Shown here piece by piece: positions 1 to 8,722 of a stretch of 40,000 bases of DNA. Position numbers and translations under genes: made by a program. The stretch is from Acidobacteriaceae bacterium. GTDB lineage: Bacteria; Acidobacteriota; Terriglobia; Terriglobales; Acidobacteriaceae. Where the stretch lies: contig DASRGC010000061.1 in the NCBI GenBank assembly GCA_035651235.1, forward strand, positions 27,263 to 67,262, in the 5' to 3' direction. The notes under the pieces were generated by a model, which was given only the letters and a program-made list of their open reading frames with translations, was not told where the DNA came from and did no database searches. Every line of letters starts with the position of its first letter. Positions within the stretch are counted from its first letter, which is position 1.

Positions 1-39
1 AAGTACGAGGTCGTCATCGGGAATGTGGCTGTCGATCAT
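1..39 (-). CDS. N-terminal 13 codons of a gene continuing beyond the window; possibly the anti-sigma partner of the upstream ECF sigma gene
   Basis: Minus-strand ATG at 39..37 (MIDSHIPDDDLVL...) starts 2 nt after the sigma gene stop (44..42) and stays open to position 1. Function is inferred only from the usual sigma/anti-sigma operon layout. Confidence 0.3.
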   Translation of the reverse strand, partial: MIDSHIPDDDLVL

Positions 40-41
40 CG

Positions 42-605
42 TTAAGCTTCCAGCTCCTTTCTCAGGCTTAGCAGCGCGGTGCGGATTCGGGTCTTTACGG
101 TGCCGAGCGGGTCGCCCGTGACCTCGGCGATCTCAGAGTGAGTGAGCCCATCGAAGTATGCCATTTCGAGGGCTTTTCGTTGCTCCAACGGAAGTCGCAG
201 GATAACGGTCCGGGCGCGCTGCATCATGGTGTTCCGCTCGGCTTCGCTGGCGAGATCGAAGGGTGAGGCGAGATAAACCTCCTCAACCTGTTCGCTGGGG
301 CGTTTGCGGCGGAGGGTGTCGATGGAACGGTTGCGGGCGACGACGGCGAGCCAGCCGCCGAGACTGCCGCGGGCGGAGATGAACCCTTCAGGGCGGCGCC
401 ACAGGCCGAGAAAGACGTCCTGGACAACGTCTTCGGCGGAGGCGGGGTCACGCAGGACGCGGAGGGCGACGGAGTAGACCACGCGGGAGTAGCGATCATA
501 GATGGCGGCCATGGCCTGCTCATCGCCACGACGTACCCGGCCCAACAACTGGACATCCTGCTCCGCGGCTCCATTGATCATCGGTCCTTCAACGTTGCTC
601 TTCAT
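42..605 (-). CDS. RNA polymerase sigma-70 family ECF sigma factor
   Basis: 187 aa. Region 2 signature (DVVQDVFLGLWRR) and region 4 HTH (LTHSEIAEVTGDPLGTVKTRI); size typical of ECF sigma factors. Confidence 0.9.
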   Translation of the reverse strand: MKSNVEGPMINGAAEQDVQLLGRVRRGDEQAMAAIYDRYSRVVYSVALRVLRDPASAEDVVQDVFLGLWRRPEGFISARGSLGGWLAVVARNRSIDTLRRKRPSEQVEEVYLASPFDLASEAERNTMMQRARTVILRLPLEQRKALEMAYFDGLTHSEIAEVTGDPLGTVKTRIRTALLSLRKELEA

Positions 606-801
606 GAATTACGTTCCTGCGACGATGACGGATTTGCTGCTGAGGGTCGACGCCTCACACGCTGCGGCCTGCTCCAAGGTGTTTCCGAGTGCCCAGTGTA
701 CGTCATGCCGTTGCTGAAGCAGGCGGGCGTCGACGAAACTGGACTGGGAAGCTGGTCTGGAAACTGCTTGCGGCTGCCGGCAAGCGGGCGGCGGGAGCAA
801 C

Positions 802-1557
802 TTGAAACTTCGAATCGACAAATTGCTGGTGGACCGGGGGCATGCCGCATCGCGTGAGCGCGCGCAGGCCTTGATTCTCGCCGGACGTGTGCTGGTGAAT
901 GAGCAGAAGGTGGACAAGCCGGGTGCGCAGATTGGCGATGACGCGACGGTGCGTGTGCTGGGCGAGGACCTGCGCTATGTGAGCCGCGGCGGGTTGAAAC
1001 TGGAGCATGCGTTGAAGACGTGGTCGATCGATGTGGCGGGGCTTGCATGCGCGGATGTGGGTGCCTCGACGGGAGGGTTCACAGATTGCATGCTGCAGCA
1101 TGGCGCGGCGAGCGTGCTGGCGATCGATACGGGCTTTGGGCAGATCGCGCACAAGCTGCGGGTGGACCCGAGAGTGAAGCTGATGGAGAGGGCCAATGCT
1201 CGCTTACTGAAGGCGGGTGAGGTCGCGGAGCTGGTGGGGGAGGCGATCCGGTTCTTCGCGATGGATGTGAGTTTTATCTCAGCGACGCTGGTGTTGCCGG
1301 CGGTTGTGCAGGCGCTGCCTCCGCCGGGCGAGAGATGGACTGGCGAGGCTGTGGTGCTGGTGAAGCCGCAGTTCGAGGCGGGACGCGAGCATGTCGGTAA
1401 AGGCGGGATTGTGCGCGACCCGGCGGCTCATTCGCTGGCGATTGAGAGAGTGCGTGGCGCCGTCGGTGAGCTGAAGGGCGAGGTGTTGGCCGTGATGGAC
1501 TCGCCGATTCTTGGGATGGAGGGGAACCGGGAGTTTTTGTTGCACGCGAGGTTTTAG
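802..1557 (+). CDS. tlyA: TlyA-family rRNA 2'-O-methyltransferase (hemolysin A-like)
   Basis: N-terminal S4 RNA-binding segment (RIDKLLVDRGHAASRERAQALILAGRVLVN), YVSRGGLKL, and FtsJ-type SAM motif DVGASTGGFTD. TTG start per ORF track. Confidence 0.85.
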   Translation: MKLRIDKLLVDRGHAASRERAQALILAGRVLVNEQKVDKPGAQIGDDATVRVLGEDLRYVSRGGLKLEHALKTWSIDVAGLACADVGASTGGFTDCMLQHGAASVLAIDTGFGQIAHKLRVDPRVKLMERANARLLKAGEVAELVGEAIRFFAMDVSFISATLVLPAVVQALPPPGERWTGEAVVLVKPQFEAGREHVGKGGIVRDPAAHSLAIERVRGAVGELKGEVLAVMDSPILGMEGNREFLLHARF

Positions 1558-1620
1558 GGATCAGGGAACAGGGATTTGCAAGAGAGACTTGGCGAGAGCC
1601 GCAGGTACACTGAAAGTCCG

Positions 1621-2481
1621 ATGCCCAAGGCTGCAATCATCTCGAAGCCGCAGAAGCCGGAGCTGTGTGAAATTCTTGCGCAGCTACTGCAGTGGTTTGG
1701 AGAGCGCGGCTATGAGTGTGTGCTGGATCCGGAGAGCGCAGGATATCTGGACCGCGGGCATGAGGCAGTAGAACGGCCCGAGATGCCGGGCCACAACCCG
1801 GAGATCTGCGTGACCTTGGGCGGTGATGGGACACTGCTTTCCGCGGCGCGAGCGTTTGCGTATACAGAGACACCAATCCTTGGCTGCAATCTTGGATCGC
1901 TTGGGTTCCTTACCGAGGTTCCGCTGGCCGAGCTGTTCACGACGCTGGAGGCATGGAAGAACGGAACGGCGTTCATCGACTCGCGGAGCATGATGCATGC
2001 GGAGCTGCTGCGGCACAACCAGGCGCCGCGCGAGTGGCTGGCGCTGAACGATGTCGTGCTGGCGAAAGGCGCGATCGCTCGCATGGGCGAGTTCATGGTG
2101 GAGCTGGACGGAGAGTTCGTGGCGCGGTTTCGCGCGGATGGCGTGATTGTCGCGACGCCGACGGGATCAACGGCGTACACGCTGGCCGCGGATGGGCCGA
2201 TTCTGATTCCATCGCTCGATGCAATGGTGCTGACCGCGATCTGTCCACACCTGCTGACGATTCGGCCGATTGTGGTGCCGGGGACGTCGGAGATCGCGGT
2301 CACGGTGGATGTCGTGCCGCATGAGACGTATCTGACAGTCGATGGGCAGGAGGCGGTGGAACTGCTGCTGAACGACCGGATTCGCTGCCGCAGATCGGAG
2401 CGGCGCGTGAACCTGCTGCGGCTGCGGTCGAATGGGATATTCAACGTGCTGCGCGCGAAGCTAAGCTGGGGCGAGCAGTAG
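1621..2481 (+). CDS. nadK: NAD(+) kinase
   Basis: GGDGTLL motif, NDVVL and TPTGSTAY motifs. The ORF is open from 1576, but the ATG at 1621 (MPKAAIISKP) is the likely start. Confidence 0.9.
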   Translation: MPKAAIISKPQKPELCEILAQLLQWFGERGYECVLDPESAGYLDRGHEAVERPEMPGHNPEICVTLGGDGTLLSAARAFAYTETPILGCNLGSLGFLTEVPLAELFTTLEAWKNGTAFIDSRSMMHAELLRHNQAPREWLALNDVVLAKGAIARMGEFMVELDGEFVARFRADGVIVATPTGSTAYTLAADGPILIPSLDAMVLTAICPHLLTIRPIVVPGTSEIAVTVDVVPHETYLTVDGQEAVELLLNDRIRCRRSERRVNLLRLRSNGIFNVLRAKLSWGEQ

Positions 2482-2510
2482 GCGCTTTTTGAGATGTAGG
2501 GAGGGGAAGA

Positions 2511-2586
2511 TGGTGCGCCCGGAGCGAGTCGAACGCCCGACCTACTGGTTCGTAGCCAGTTGCTCTATCCACTGAGCTACGGGCGC
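2511..2586 (-). tRNA. tRNA-Arg (anticodon ACG), CCA encoded
   Basis: The reverse complement folds by hand into a cloverleaf: acceptor GCGCCCG/CGGGCGC, D arm GCTC-AGTGGATA-GAGC, anticodon arm ACTGG-CTACGAA-CCAGT, T arm GGGCG-TTCGACT-CGCTC, then ACCA. Confidence 0.9.
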
Positions 2587-2657
2587 ACATTGCAAGGACT
2601 GCAACTGGTGTAAGGATACAGGATGCGGCGCGATTGCTGCAAATCTATTGGCGAAAG

Positions 2658-2927
2658 CTAACTTGCTGCGGCCGGCTGGGGCCCGGGTTCGGGCTGAGGC
2701 GGAACGAGCGAGACGCGCTCAACGAGGTCGAGACCGGAGCGGCGCAGCAGGCCCTGAACGATGGGCTCGGTGAGACGGGTGGCGTCATATTCGAGGCGGA
2801 CGGTGCGCGCGGTTTCGTCGAAGACGAGCCCGCGGATTCCATAGACTTCGCGAATCCGGGCGAGCGCCATCATCGCAGCCTGGCTCGGCGGCATGCCGTA
2901 GCGATACATTACATCCAACTGCGTCAT
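2658..2927 (-). CDS. small hypothetical protein (89 aa)
   Basis: ORF with an AGGA-type RBS a few nt upstream of the ATG. Composition is protein-like with a Pro-rich tail. No recognisable motif. The overlapping plus-strand ORF 2634..2990 looks like its shadow. Confidence 0.5.
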   Translation of the reverse strand: MTQLDVMYRYGMPPSQAAMMALARIREVYGIRGLVFDETARTVRLEYDATRLTEPIVQGLLRRSGLDLVERVSLVPPQPEPGPQPAAAS

Positions 2928-2961
2928 AGCTCTATCCTAGCAAGCCGGTTCCAAGTCGATT

Positions 2962-3522
2962 TTAGGAGGCGAGCTTGCGGAGGTAGTTGACGATCTCGGG
3001 GCTGGTCCAATCCTGCGGCCCGATGAACTTGCGACGTATGATGCCGCGTTTGTCGATGACGTAAGTTTCGGGGTAGCGGAAGGTGCCGTACATGGCGTTC
3101 GAGCGCTGCTCGGCGTCGCGCACGGTGAGCAATGAGACGGAGTGTTCCTTCAAGAAACGTTCGTAGGCGTCGGCGTCGTCATCGGTGGAGACAGCGACGA
3201 TCTGGACCTGCGGAACATCGTGCTGCAGTTCTTCGAGGCTGGGAAGCTCTTCGAGGCAGGGGGCGCACCAGCTCGCCCAGAAGTTGAGGACGACGACGTG
3301 GCCGCGGAGCTTGCTGAGGTCGACGGAATGCTCGCCGTCGTTCACGGTGAACACTGGCGCACGCGTGCCGAGCTGCTCTGGGTGGCTGCCGCGATCGCAG
3401 CCGGTGACGGCGAGCGCGGCGACTCCGAAGAGCGCTGCTGCGGTTAAGGCTACTAATCTCGTTCGCCGCTTCGATCGCCGCTTGAATCGCAAATCGGACC
3501 GCAGGCTCAAACAATTGGCCAT
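2962..3522 (-). CDS. TlpA/ResA-family thiol:disulfide oxidoreductase lipoprotein (thioredoxin fold)
   Basis: WASWCAPC CxxC active site in a redoxin-like context. The ATG at 3522 gives a signal peptide with lipobox LAVTGC. The ORF extends to 3663, but that N-terminal extension is Arg/Ala-rich and unlikely to be coding. Confidence 0.85.
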   Translation of the reverse strand: MANCLSLRSDLRFKRRSKRRTRLVALTAAALFGVAALAVTGCDRGSHPEQLGTRAPVFTVNDGEHSVDLSKLRGHVVVLNFWASWCAPCLEELPSLEELQHDVPQVQIVAVSTDDDADAYERFLKEHSVSLLTVRDAEQRSNAMYGTFRYPETYVIDKRGIIRRKFIGPQDWTSPEIVNYLRKLAS

Positions 3523-3662
3523 CCTTCCTATAATACGAACCAGTGTCCGACCGGCCCAACTCCGACCAGCCGAAACTGAGCCCCATCCTTGGCCTTCCCG
3601 TTGACGACGAGCCTGTGCGCACGGCGCCGGCCGCGGCTGTGCAGACCGCGCATTTGACGCCA

Positions 3663-4715
3663 ATGGGCGAAGAGGTGAGCTTCGAGTTGAGCGTGATTGT
3701 TCCGGCGCGCAACGAGGAGCAGAATCTGCCGGCGTGCCTGGAGAGCCTGCTGGTGCAGGACTCCAGCCTGTTTCCGCTAGGCACGGATTGGGAGCTGCTG
3801 GTCGTCGACGATCATTCGACGGATGGGACGCGCGCGATTGCGCAGGAAGCAGCGGCGAAGCACAGCGGCGTGCGCGTGTTGGAGGCGCCGGCGCTGGCCG
3901 ACGCGCACGGGGGCTTCACGGGCAAGACGAACGCGTGCTGGTTCGGTGCACAGCACGCGCGAGGACGGTGGCTGCTGTTTACCGATGCGGACACGCTGCA
4001 TGAGCCGAACGATCTCCGCCACGCGATGCATGAGACGGAGAAGTACAAGGTCGTAATGTTGTCGTACTCGCCGCGGCAGATTGTGTCCGGAGTAATGCAG
4101 CGCGCGGTGATGCCGCTGATCTTTTCAGAGTTGGCGAGCGTGTATCCGCCAGCCGAGGTGAATGATCCCGGCAAGCGTACGGCGGCGGCGAATGGGCAGT
4201 TTCTGCTGGTGGAACGAGGAGCGTACTTTGCAATCGGCGGACATCGCGCGGTGGGTGGGTCGGTGCTGGAGGACGTGGAGTTCGCGTGGAACATGAAGCG
4301 CGCGAAGAAGCCGATTCGATTTCGGTATGCCTCTGATGCGCTGAGCACACGGATGTACCGCGGTCTGGGCGACATGATTGAGGGCTGGACGAAGAACCTG
4401 GCGCTGCTTTTTCCGCATGCGCTGCGGCTGGCTGCGTGGCGGCTGCTGGATATTCTCTTGTTGCTGCTTCCGCTGTTACTGTGGCTGCTGCCGTACCTTG
4501 TGCTGTGGGAGCGCGCGGTGATTGTGTTGCTTTGGCTGCGCACGGTAATTCGTTTTTATACTCGCGTGGCGCGCGCGCACTTCGGGTTTGTGAATTCGGC
4601 GCTGTCGGTGTTCGGGCTGCCGCTGTTTATCGGGCTGCTGGTGCGTAGCTGGATACAGCACCGCGTTTTTCATCATGTGGCGTGGAAGGGAAGGCAGTAT
4701 CACACGGGCCGATAG
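3663..4715 (+). CDS. family 2 glycosyltransferase with C-terminal membrane helices
   Basis: GT2 motifs SVIVPARNEE, LLVVDDHSTDGT and FTDADT (DxD), with hydrophobic C-terminal helices. An alternative GTG start at 3543 would leave only 20 bp to the divergent gene. Confidence 0.8.
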   Translation: MGEEVSFELSVIVPARNEEQNLPACLESLLVQDSSLFPLGTDWELLVVDDHSTDGTRAIAQEAAAKHSGVRVLEAPALADAHGGFTGKTNACWFGAQHARGRWLLFTDADTLHEPNDLRHAMHETEKYKVVMLSYSPRQIVSGVMQRAVMPLIFSELASVYPPAEVNDPGKRTAAANGQFLLVERGAYFAIGGHRAVGGSVLEDVEFAWNMKRAKKPIRFRYASDALSTRMYRGLGDMIEGWTKNLALLFPHALRLAAWRLLDILLLLLPLLLWLLPYLVLWERAVIVLLWLRTVIRFYTRVARAHFGFVNSALSVFGLPLFIGLLVRSWIQHRVFHHVAWKGRQYHTGR

Positions 4716-4768
4716 GTCGCGCCGTTTGGAGTTGAGCAGCATCCAATTTGTTTAGACTTGATGTTTCT

Positions 4769-5182
4769 ATGATTCTGCTGACACGCAAAGCCGAATTTTC
4801 TGCCGCGCACTTCTACTTCAATCCCGCATGGAGCGAGGAGGAGAACGAGCGCGTGTTTGGCAAGTGCTCCAATCGGCAGGGACACGGCCATAACTACACG
4901 CTGGAGGTTACGGTAGCCGGGAAACCGGATCCTGTGTCCGGGTTCGTGGTCGATCTCAAGCAGCTCAAGGACATTCTGGAGCGCGAAGTCCTGTCGGTGT
5001 ATGACCATCGCCACTTGAACTATGAGGTGCCGGAGTTCAGGTCCACGGTGCCGACGACGGAGAATATTGCGGTCGCGATCTGGCGGCGGCTGGATGGCAA
5101 GATTCCAAATGCGAAGCTGCATCGTGTGCGCGTGTACGAGATGCCTGATCTCTTTGCAGATTTCTACGGAGAGGGTGCATGA
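4769..5182 (+). CDS. 6-pyruvoyl-tetrahydropterin / 6-carboxy-tetrahydropterin synthase family protein (PTPS/QueD), copy 1
   Basis: FSAAHFY...FGKCSNRQGHGHNYTLEV (Cys + HGH zinc/catalytic motif) and DHRHLN. The ORF is open from 4748; the ATG at 4769 is the likely start. Confidence 0.85.
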   Translation: MILLTRKAEFSAAHFYFNPAWSEEENERVFGKCSNRQGHGHNYTLEVTVAGKPDPVSGFVVDLKQLKDILEREVLSVYDHRHLNYEVPEFRSTVPTTENIAVAIWRRLDGKIPNAKLHRVRVYEMPDLFADFYGEGA

Positions 5183-5625
5183 GCAACCGACCGCATGCAG
5201 CTCTGTCGCGCCGGTATCATTTTTCGGCTTCTCATCGGCTGCATGTAGATGCGCTTTCGCCGGAGGAGAATCGCGCGACGTTCGGCAAGTGCAATAATCC
5301 GTATGGTCACGGGCACAATTACACCGTGCAGTTGACGCTCTCGGGAGCAATCGATCCGGATACAGGCATGGTTACCAACCTCGCGGACCTCGACCAGTTT
5401 GCAGAGCGTGAGATGGTTTCCAGGTTCGATCACGAAAACTTGAATATGCTGGAATGCTTTCGCGACGTTGTGCCAACGACGGAAAACCTCGCGATCGAGA
5501 TCTGGCATATCTTTGCGGAGTACCCGCACGCAACGCTGGAACGCGTGCGTGTCGAGGAGACGAGCAACAACTCATTCGACTACTTCGGTGCGGAAGATGC
5601 TCCGAAGCATCGAACGGAAGTGTAA
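5179..5625 (+). CDS. 6-pyruvoyl-tetrahydropterin / 6-carboxy-tetrahydropterin synthase family protein (PTPS/QueD), copy 2
   Basis: FSASHRL...[18 protein letters not shown] and DHENLN. The start overlaps the copy 1 stop (ATGA at 5179..5182). Confidence 0.85.
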   Translation: MSNRPHAALSRRYHFSASHRLHVDALSPEENRATFGKCNNPYGHGHNYTVQLTLSGAIDPDTGMVTNLADLDQFAEREMVSRFDHENLNMLECFRDVVPTTENLAIEIWHIFAEYPHATLERVRVEETSNNSFDYFGAEDAPKHRTEV

Positions 5626-5630
5626 GGCTG

Positions 5631-6293
5631 ATGACGACAAAACTACCCGTAGAAAGACCAGGTCCGGACCGCGACGGAGAAGTGCCTGCTCAGCGAGCCG
5701 CTGAGGCAGCGCATGTCGAGCTGGGGCAAGCGACCCTGCCACAGATTTATTCGGAGCTTCTGCTCCGCATCGGCGAAGATCCCGCGCGGGACGGTCTGTT
5801 GCGCACGCCGGAGCGCATGGAAAAGGCGATGGCCTTTCTCACACGGGGCTATCGCCAGAGTGTCGACGAAGTGCTGCATGACGCGCTGTTCGATGTCGAT
5901 TATGACGAGATGGTGATTGTCAAGGACATTGAGTTTTATTCGTTGTGCGAACACCATCTGCTGCCCTTTTACGGCAAAGCCCACGTTGCGTATCTGCCGG
6001 ATAAGAAGGTTGTGGGATTGAGCAAGGTCGCGCGCATTGTTGATTTGTTCGCGCGGCGATTGCAGGTTCAGGAGCGCCTGACGCAGCAGATTGCAGAGGC
6101 AATTAATGATGCGGTGCACCCGCAGGGAGTCGGCGTGGTGCTTGAGGGGCAGCACCTTTGCATGATGATGCGCGGTGTAGAGAAGCAGGGATCGCAGACA
6201 GTGACGAGTTCGATGCTCGGCGTGTTCAAGACGCAACAGCAGACGCGAGTCGAGTTTCTCTCGCTGATCGACGCAAGGCCGTACAGCCGTTGA
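5631..6293 (+). CDS. folE: GTP cyclohydrolase I
   Basis: [32 protein letters not shown] and RLQVQERLT motifs. The ATG at 5631 (MTTKLP) is 5 nt after the upstream stop; the longer ORF from 5454 overlaps the previous gene. Confidence 0.9.
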   Translation: MTTKLPVERPGPDRDGEVPAQRAAEAAHVELGQATLPQIYSELLLRIGEDPARDGLLRTPERMEKAMAFLTRGYRQSVDEVLHDALFDVDYDEMVIVKDIEFYSLCEHHLLPFYGKAHVAYLPDKKVVGLSKVARIVDLFARRLQVQERLTQQIAEAINDAVHPQGVGVVLEGQHLCMMMRGVEKQGSQTVTSSMLGVFKTQQQTRVEFLSLIDARPYSR

Positions 6294-6303
6294 AGGTGGT
6301 TGT

Positions 6304-7176
6304 ATGAACGGGCTCCTTATCCTCGACAAGCCTACGGGCATGACATCGCACGATGTGGTCTCGATTGTGCGGCGTGCGACGGGCGAGCGCAGCGTCGGTC
6401 ATCTTGGAACGCTTGATCCAATGGCGACGGGCGTTTTGCCGCTGCTGCTTGGTAAGTACACGCGGCTGGCGCAGTTCTTCTCAGAATCCGACAAGTACTA
6501 CATCGGCGCGATCCGCTTCGGATATGCGACCGACACGTTCGATGCAGAGGGCGAGCCGCAGTCTTCGCCCGGGCCGCTGACGCTCGAACTCGATGAACTG
6601 CGTTCACTCGCAACGCGCTTTCACGGGACGATTGACCAGGTGCCGCCAGTGTATTCGGCGAAGAAGATCGGCGGCGTGCCCTCTCATAAGCTTGCGCGCG
6701 CGGGCAAGGATGTACCCGTGAAGCCGGCGCGAATCACGATTCACAGGTTCACGCTGGAGTCGCTGGAGGCAGAGCTTGCAAGCTTCACGATGCATGTTTC
6801 GGCGGGCGGATATGTCCGGTCCGTCGCGCACGAGCTGGGACAGCTTGCAGGATGCGGCGCTCATCTCGCCGCACTGCGGCGAACGCAGGCCGGCGCGTTC
6901 ACGTTGGCTCACGCCATTACGGTTGAGGAGTTGAAGGCGCTTACACCGGCCGAAATCGTCGGCCGCCTTCCACATCCGCGCGCGATGTTGCCCGATCTAC
7001 CGTCAGTCATCGTAGACGAACTTACGGCAGGGCGCATTCGCAATGGCATGCAGGTGAACGTGCAGGAGCTGTCGTCTGCGCCGCTGATCAAGATCTTCAG
7101 CGGGCCGCGCGATCTGCTTTGCATCGCGCGAAGGATCGCAGGGACACTCGTGCAGCCGGTGGTTGTGCTCGGATGA
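6304..7176 (+). CDS. truB: tRNA pseudouridine(55) synthase
   Basis: LDKPTGMTSHDVV and GHLGTLDPMATGVLPLLLG (catalytic Asp motif); PPVYSAKK. Confidence 0.9.
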   Translation: MNGLLILDKPTGMTSHDVVSIVRRATGERSVGHLGTLDPMATGVLPLLLGKYTRLAQFFSESDKYYIGAIRFGYATDTFDAEGEPQSSPGPLTLELDELRSLATRFHGTIDQVPPVYSAKKIGGVPSHKLARAGKDVPVKPARITIHRFTLESLEAELASFTMHVSAGGYVRSVAHELGQLAGCGAHLAALRRTQAGAFTLAHAITVEELKALTPAEIVGRLPHPRAMLPDLPSVIVDELTAGRIRNGMQVNVQELSSAPLIKIFSGPRDLLCIARRIAGTLVQPVVVLG

Positions 7177-7180
7177 GGCG

Positions 7181-7942
7181 CTACTTCTTCATCATTGGCT
7201 GAATCAGCTCTTCGACGTTTGCCGCGACCTGCTGTGCACCCTGTGCTGTCGGGTGCACACCGTCGGACTGGATGTCACCTTCAACGCCGTAGACGTCCTG
7301 CAGAATGAACGGCAGCAGCGGAACGTGGAATTGTTTCGCAAGCGCGGGATACATCGAGTCGAATCGCGCGATGTAGTCGTTACCGTATTGCGGCGGCAGC
7401 GAGATTCCGGCGAGCGCAACTTTGGCTCCAGAGCGCTGCAGCCGTTGAATCATCGACGCGATGTTCTGCTGTGCAACAGAGACGGGTAGGCCGCGAAGGC
7501 CGTCGTTGCCGCCGAACTCCAGCACCACGATCTGCGGCTTGTGGGCGAGAACACGTCCGATGCGTTTGAGGCCGTCTTTCGTCGTGTCCCCGCTGACTCC
7601 TTCATTGACAACGCGATAGTGATAGCCCGCGGCATCGAGCATGCGCTGGAGATCGGCAGGGTAGCTCGCGGTCGGCTCGATTCCCAAACCCGCAGTGAGG
7701 CTATCGCCAAAGCAAGCGATGACAGGGCGAGAGTCGGTCGAGACGTCCGCCGCTGGAGCAGGAGAGATAGCTGGCGCCGGCGGATCCGCGACTACCGGAT
7801 GAGCGATGTTTGCGGACGGGGGCGCAGGAGAGGTTTCTGCCGCGGGCCTGGCGTTACCGCCAGCCGTGCTGCAACCCACCAACGCAGCCAGTCCGGCTAA
7901 GATGAGAACCGAATTGAATCGCAGCCCGTATCGTCTATTCAC
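7181..7942 (-). CDS. tesA: SGNH/GDSL hydrolase lipoprotein, TesA-like arylesterase/thioesterase
   Basis: Block I ACFGDSLTAG, block III EFGGNDG, block V SDGVHPT. The GTG at 7942 gives signal peptide NRRYGLRFNSVLILAGLAALVGC with a lipobox. It is divergent from a ybbA/ybbP-like pair, as in E. coli tesA. Confidence 0.8.
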   Translation of the reverse strand: MNRRYGLRFNSVLILAGLAALVGCSTAGGNARPAAETSPAPPSANIAHPVVADPPAPAISPAPAADVSTDSRPVIACFGDSLTAGLGIEPTASYPADLQRMLDAAGYHYRVVNEGVSGDTTKDGLKRIGRVLAHKPQIVVLEFGGNDGLRGLPVSVAQQNIASMIQRLQRSGAKVALAGISLPPQYGNDYIARFDSMYPALAKQFHVPLLPFILQDVYGVEGDIQSDGVHPTAQGAQQVAANVEELIQPMMKK

Positions 7943-7970
7943 GGCTTTAATTTTACTGAGAGGGCATGCC

Positions 7971-8720
7971 TTGCATCCGTCCGCTACGTCACTAATTTCC
8001 GATAAAGAGTCCGCCCCCATCATCGTCGTTGAAGCCTTACGCAAAAGCCTGCGCACGGGCTCGACGACGGTGGACATCCTGCGCGGTCTGGATTTTACGA
8101 TCGAGCGCGGCGAGTTTGTCGCGATCATGGGCGCTTCGGGCTCGGGGAAATCGACCCTCCTGGGGCTGCTTGCGGGGCTGGATAACCCGACATCCGGCAA
8201 CGTGCGATGGCAGGGAACGGCGATCAGTTATCTGCCGGAGAACGAGCTGGCGCAGCTTCGCGGGAGGAACATCGGCTTTGTCTTTCAAAGTTATCAACTG
8301 ATCCCGACGCTGACAGCGCTCGAAAACGTGCTGCTGCCATATGAGCTGAATGCCGAATCGGGTGGGCGGCGCGAGGGGCTGGATCGCGCCCGTCAGCTTC
8401 TCACGTCGGTCGGTTTGAGTGAGCGACTCGATCATTATCCCGTTCAGCTCTCCGGCGGCGAGCAGCAACGTGTGGCGCTGGCGCGCGCTTTCATGCTGCG
8501 GCCGCCGATCGTGCTGGCGGATGAGCCGACCGGCAATCTTGATTCGACAAACGGACAGCACGTCCTGGATCTTCTGCTGCAATTGAATCGTGCCGAGGGT
8601 ACGACGCTGGTTCTTGTGACGCACGATCCGGCGCTTGCTGCACAGGCCACACGGCGAATCATTCTGCGCGACGGCGAGATTGTCGCAGAAGAGCGCTCAG
8701 CCGTGACGAGCGAGGTTTAG
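7971..8720 (+). CDS. ABC transporter ATP-binding protein (YbbA/LolD-like)
   Basis: Walker A GASGSGKST, signature LSGGEQQR, Walker B IVLADEPT, H-loop THD. The in-frame TTG at 7971 is the likely start; the ORF from 7806 would overlap the divergent tesA-like gene. Confidence 0.85.
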   Translation: MHPSATSLISDKESAPIIVVEALRKSLRTGSTTVDILRGLDFTIERGEFVAIMGASGSGKSTLLGLLAGLDNPTSGNVRWQGTAISYLPENELAQLRGRNIGFVFQSYQLIPTLTALENVLLPYELNAESGGRREGLDRARQLLTSVGLSERLDHYPVQLSGGEQQRVALARAFMLRPPIVLADEPTGNLDSTNGQHVLDLLLQLNRAEGTTLVLVTHDPALAAQATRRIILRDGEIVAEERSAVTSEV

Positions 8721-8722
8721 CG

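Noticed and set aside
1710-2444. 244-aa minus-strand ORF
   Set aside because: It is entirely antisense to nadK, which has clear motifs. Its Ser/Arg/Ala-rich low-complexity composition is typical of shadow ORFs in high-GC DNA.
2634-2990. 118-aa plus-strand ORF between tRNA-Arg and the TlpA-like gene
   Set aside because: It competes with the minus-strand 89-aa ORF, which has an RBS and a more protein-like sequence. The plus-strand ORF would also overlap the 3' end of the TlpA-like gene.
3812-4543. 243-aa minus-strand ORF (similar cases: 37393..38109 plus strand, 38251..39048 minus strand, 602..1152 minus strand)
   Set aside because: All are antisense or overlapping shadows of well-supported genes. 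Their composition is Arg/Ser/Ala-rich and they have no recognisable motifs.
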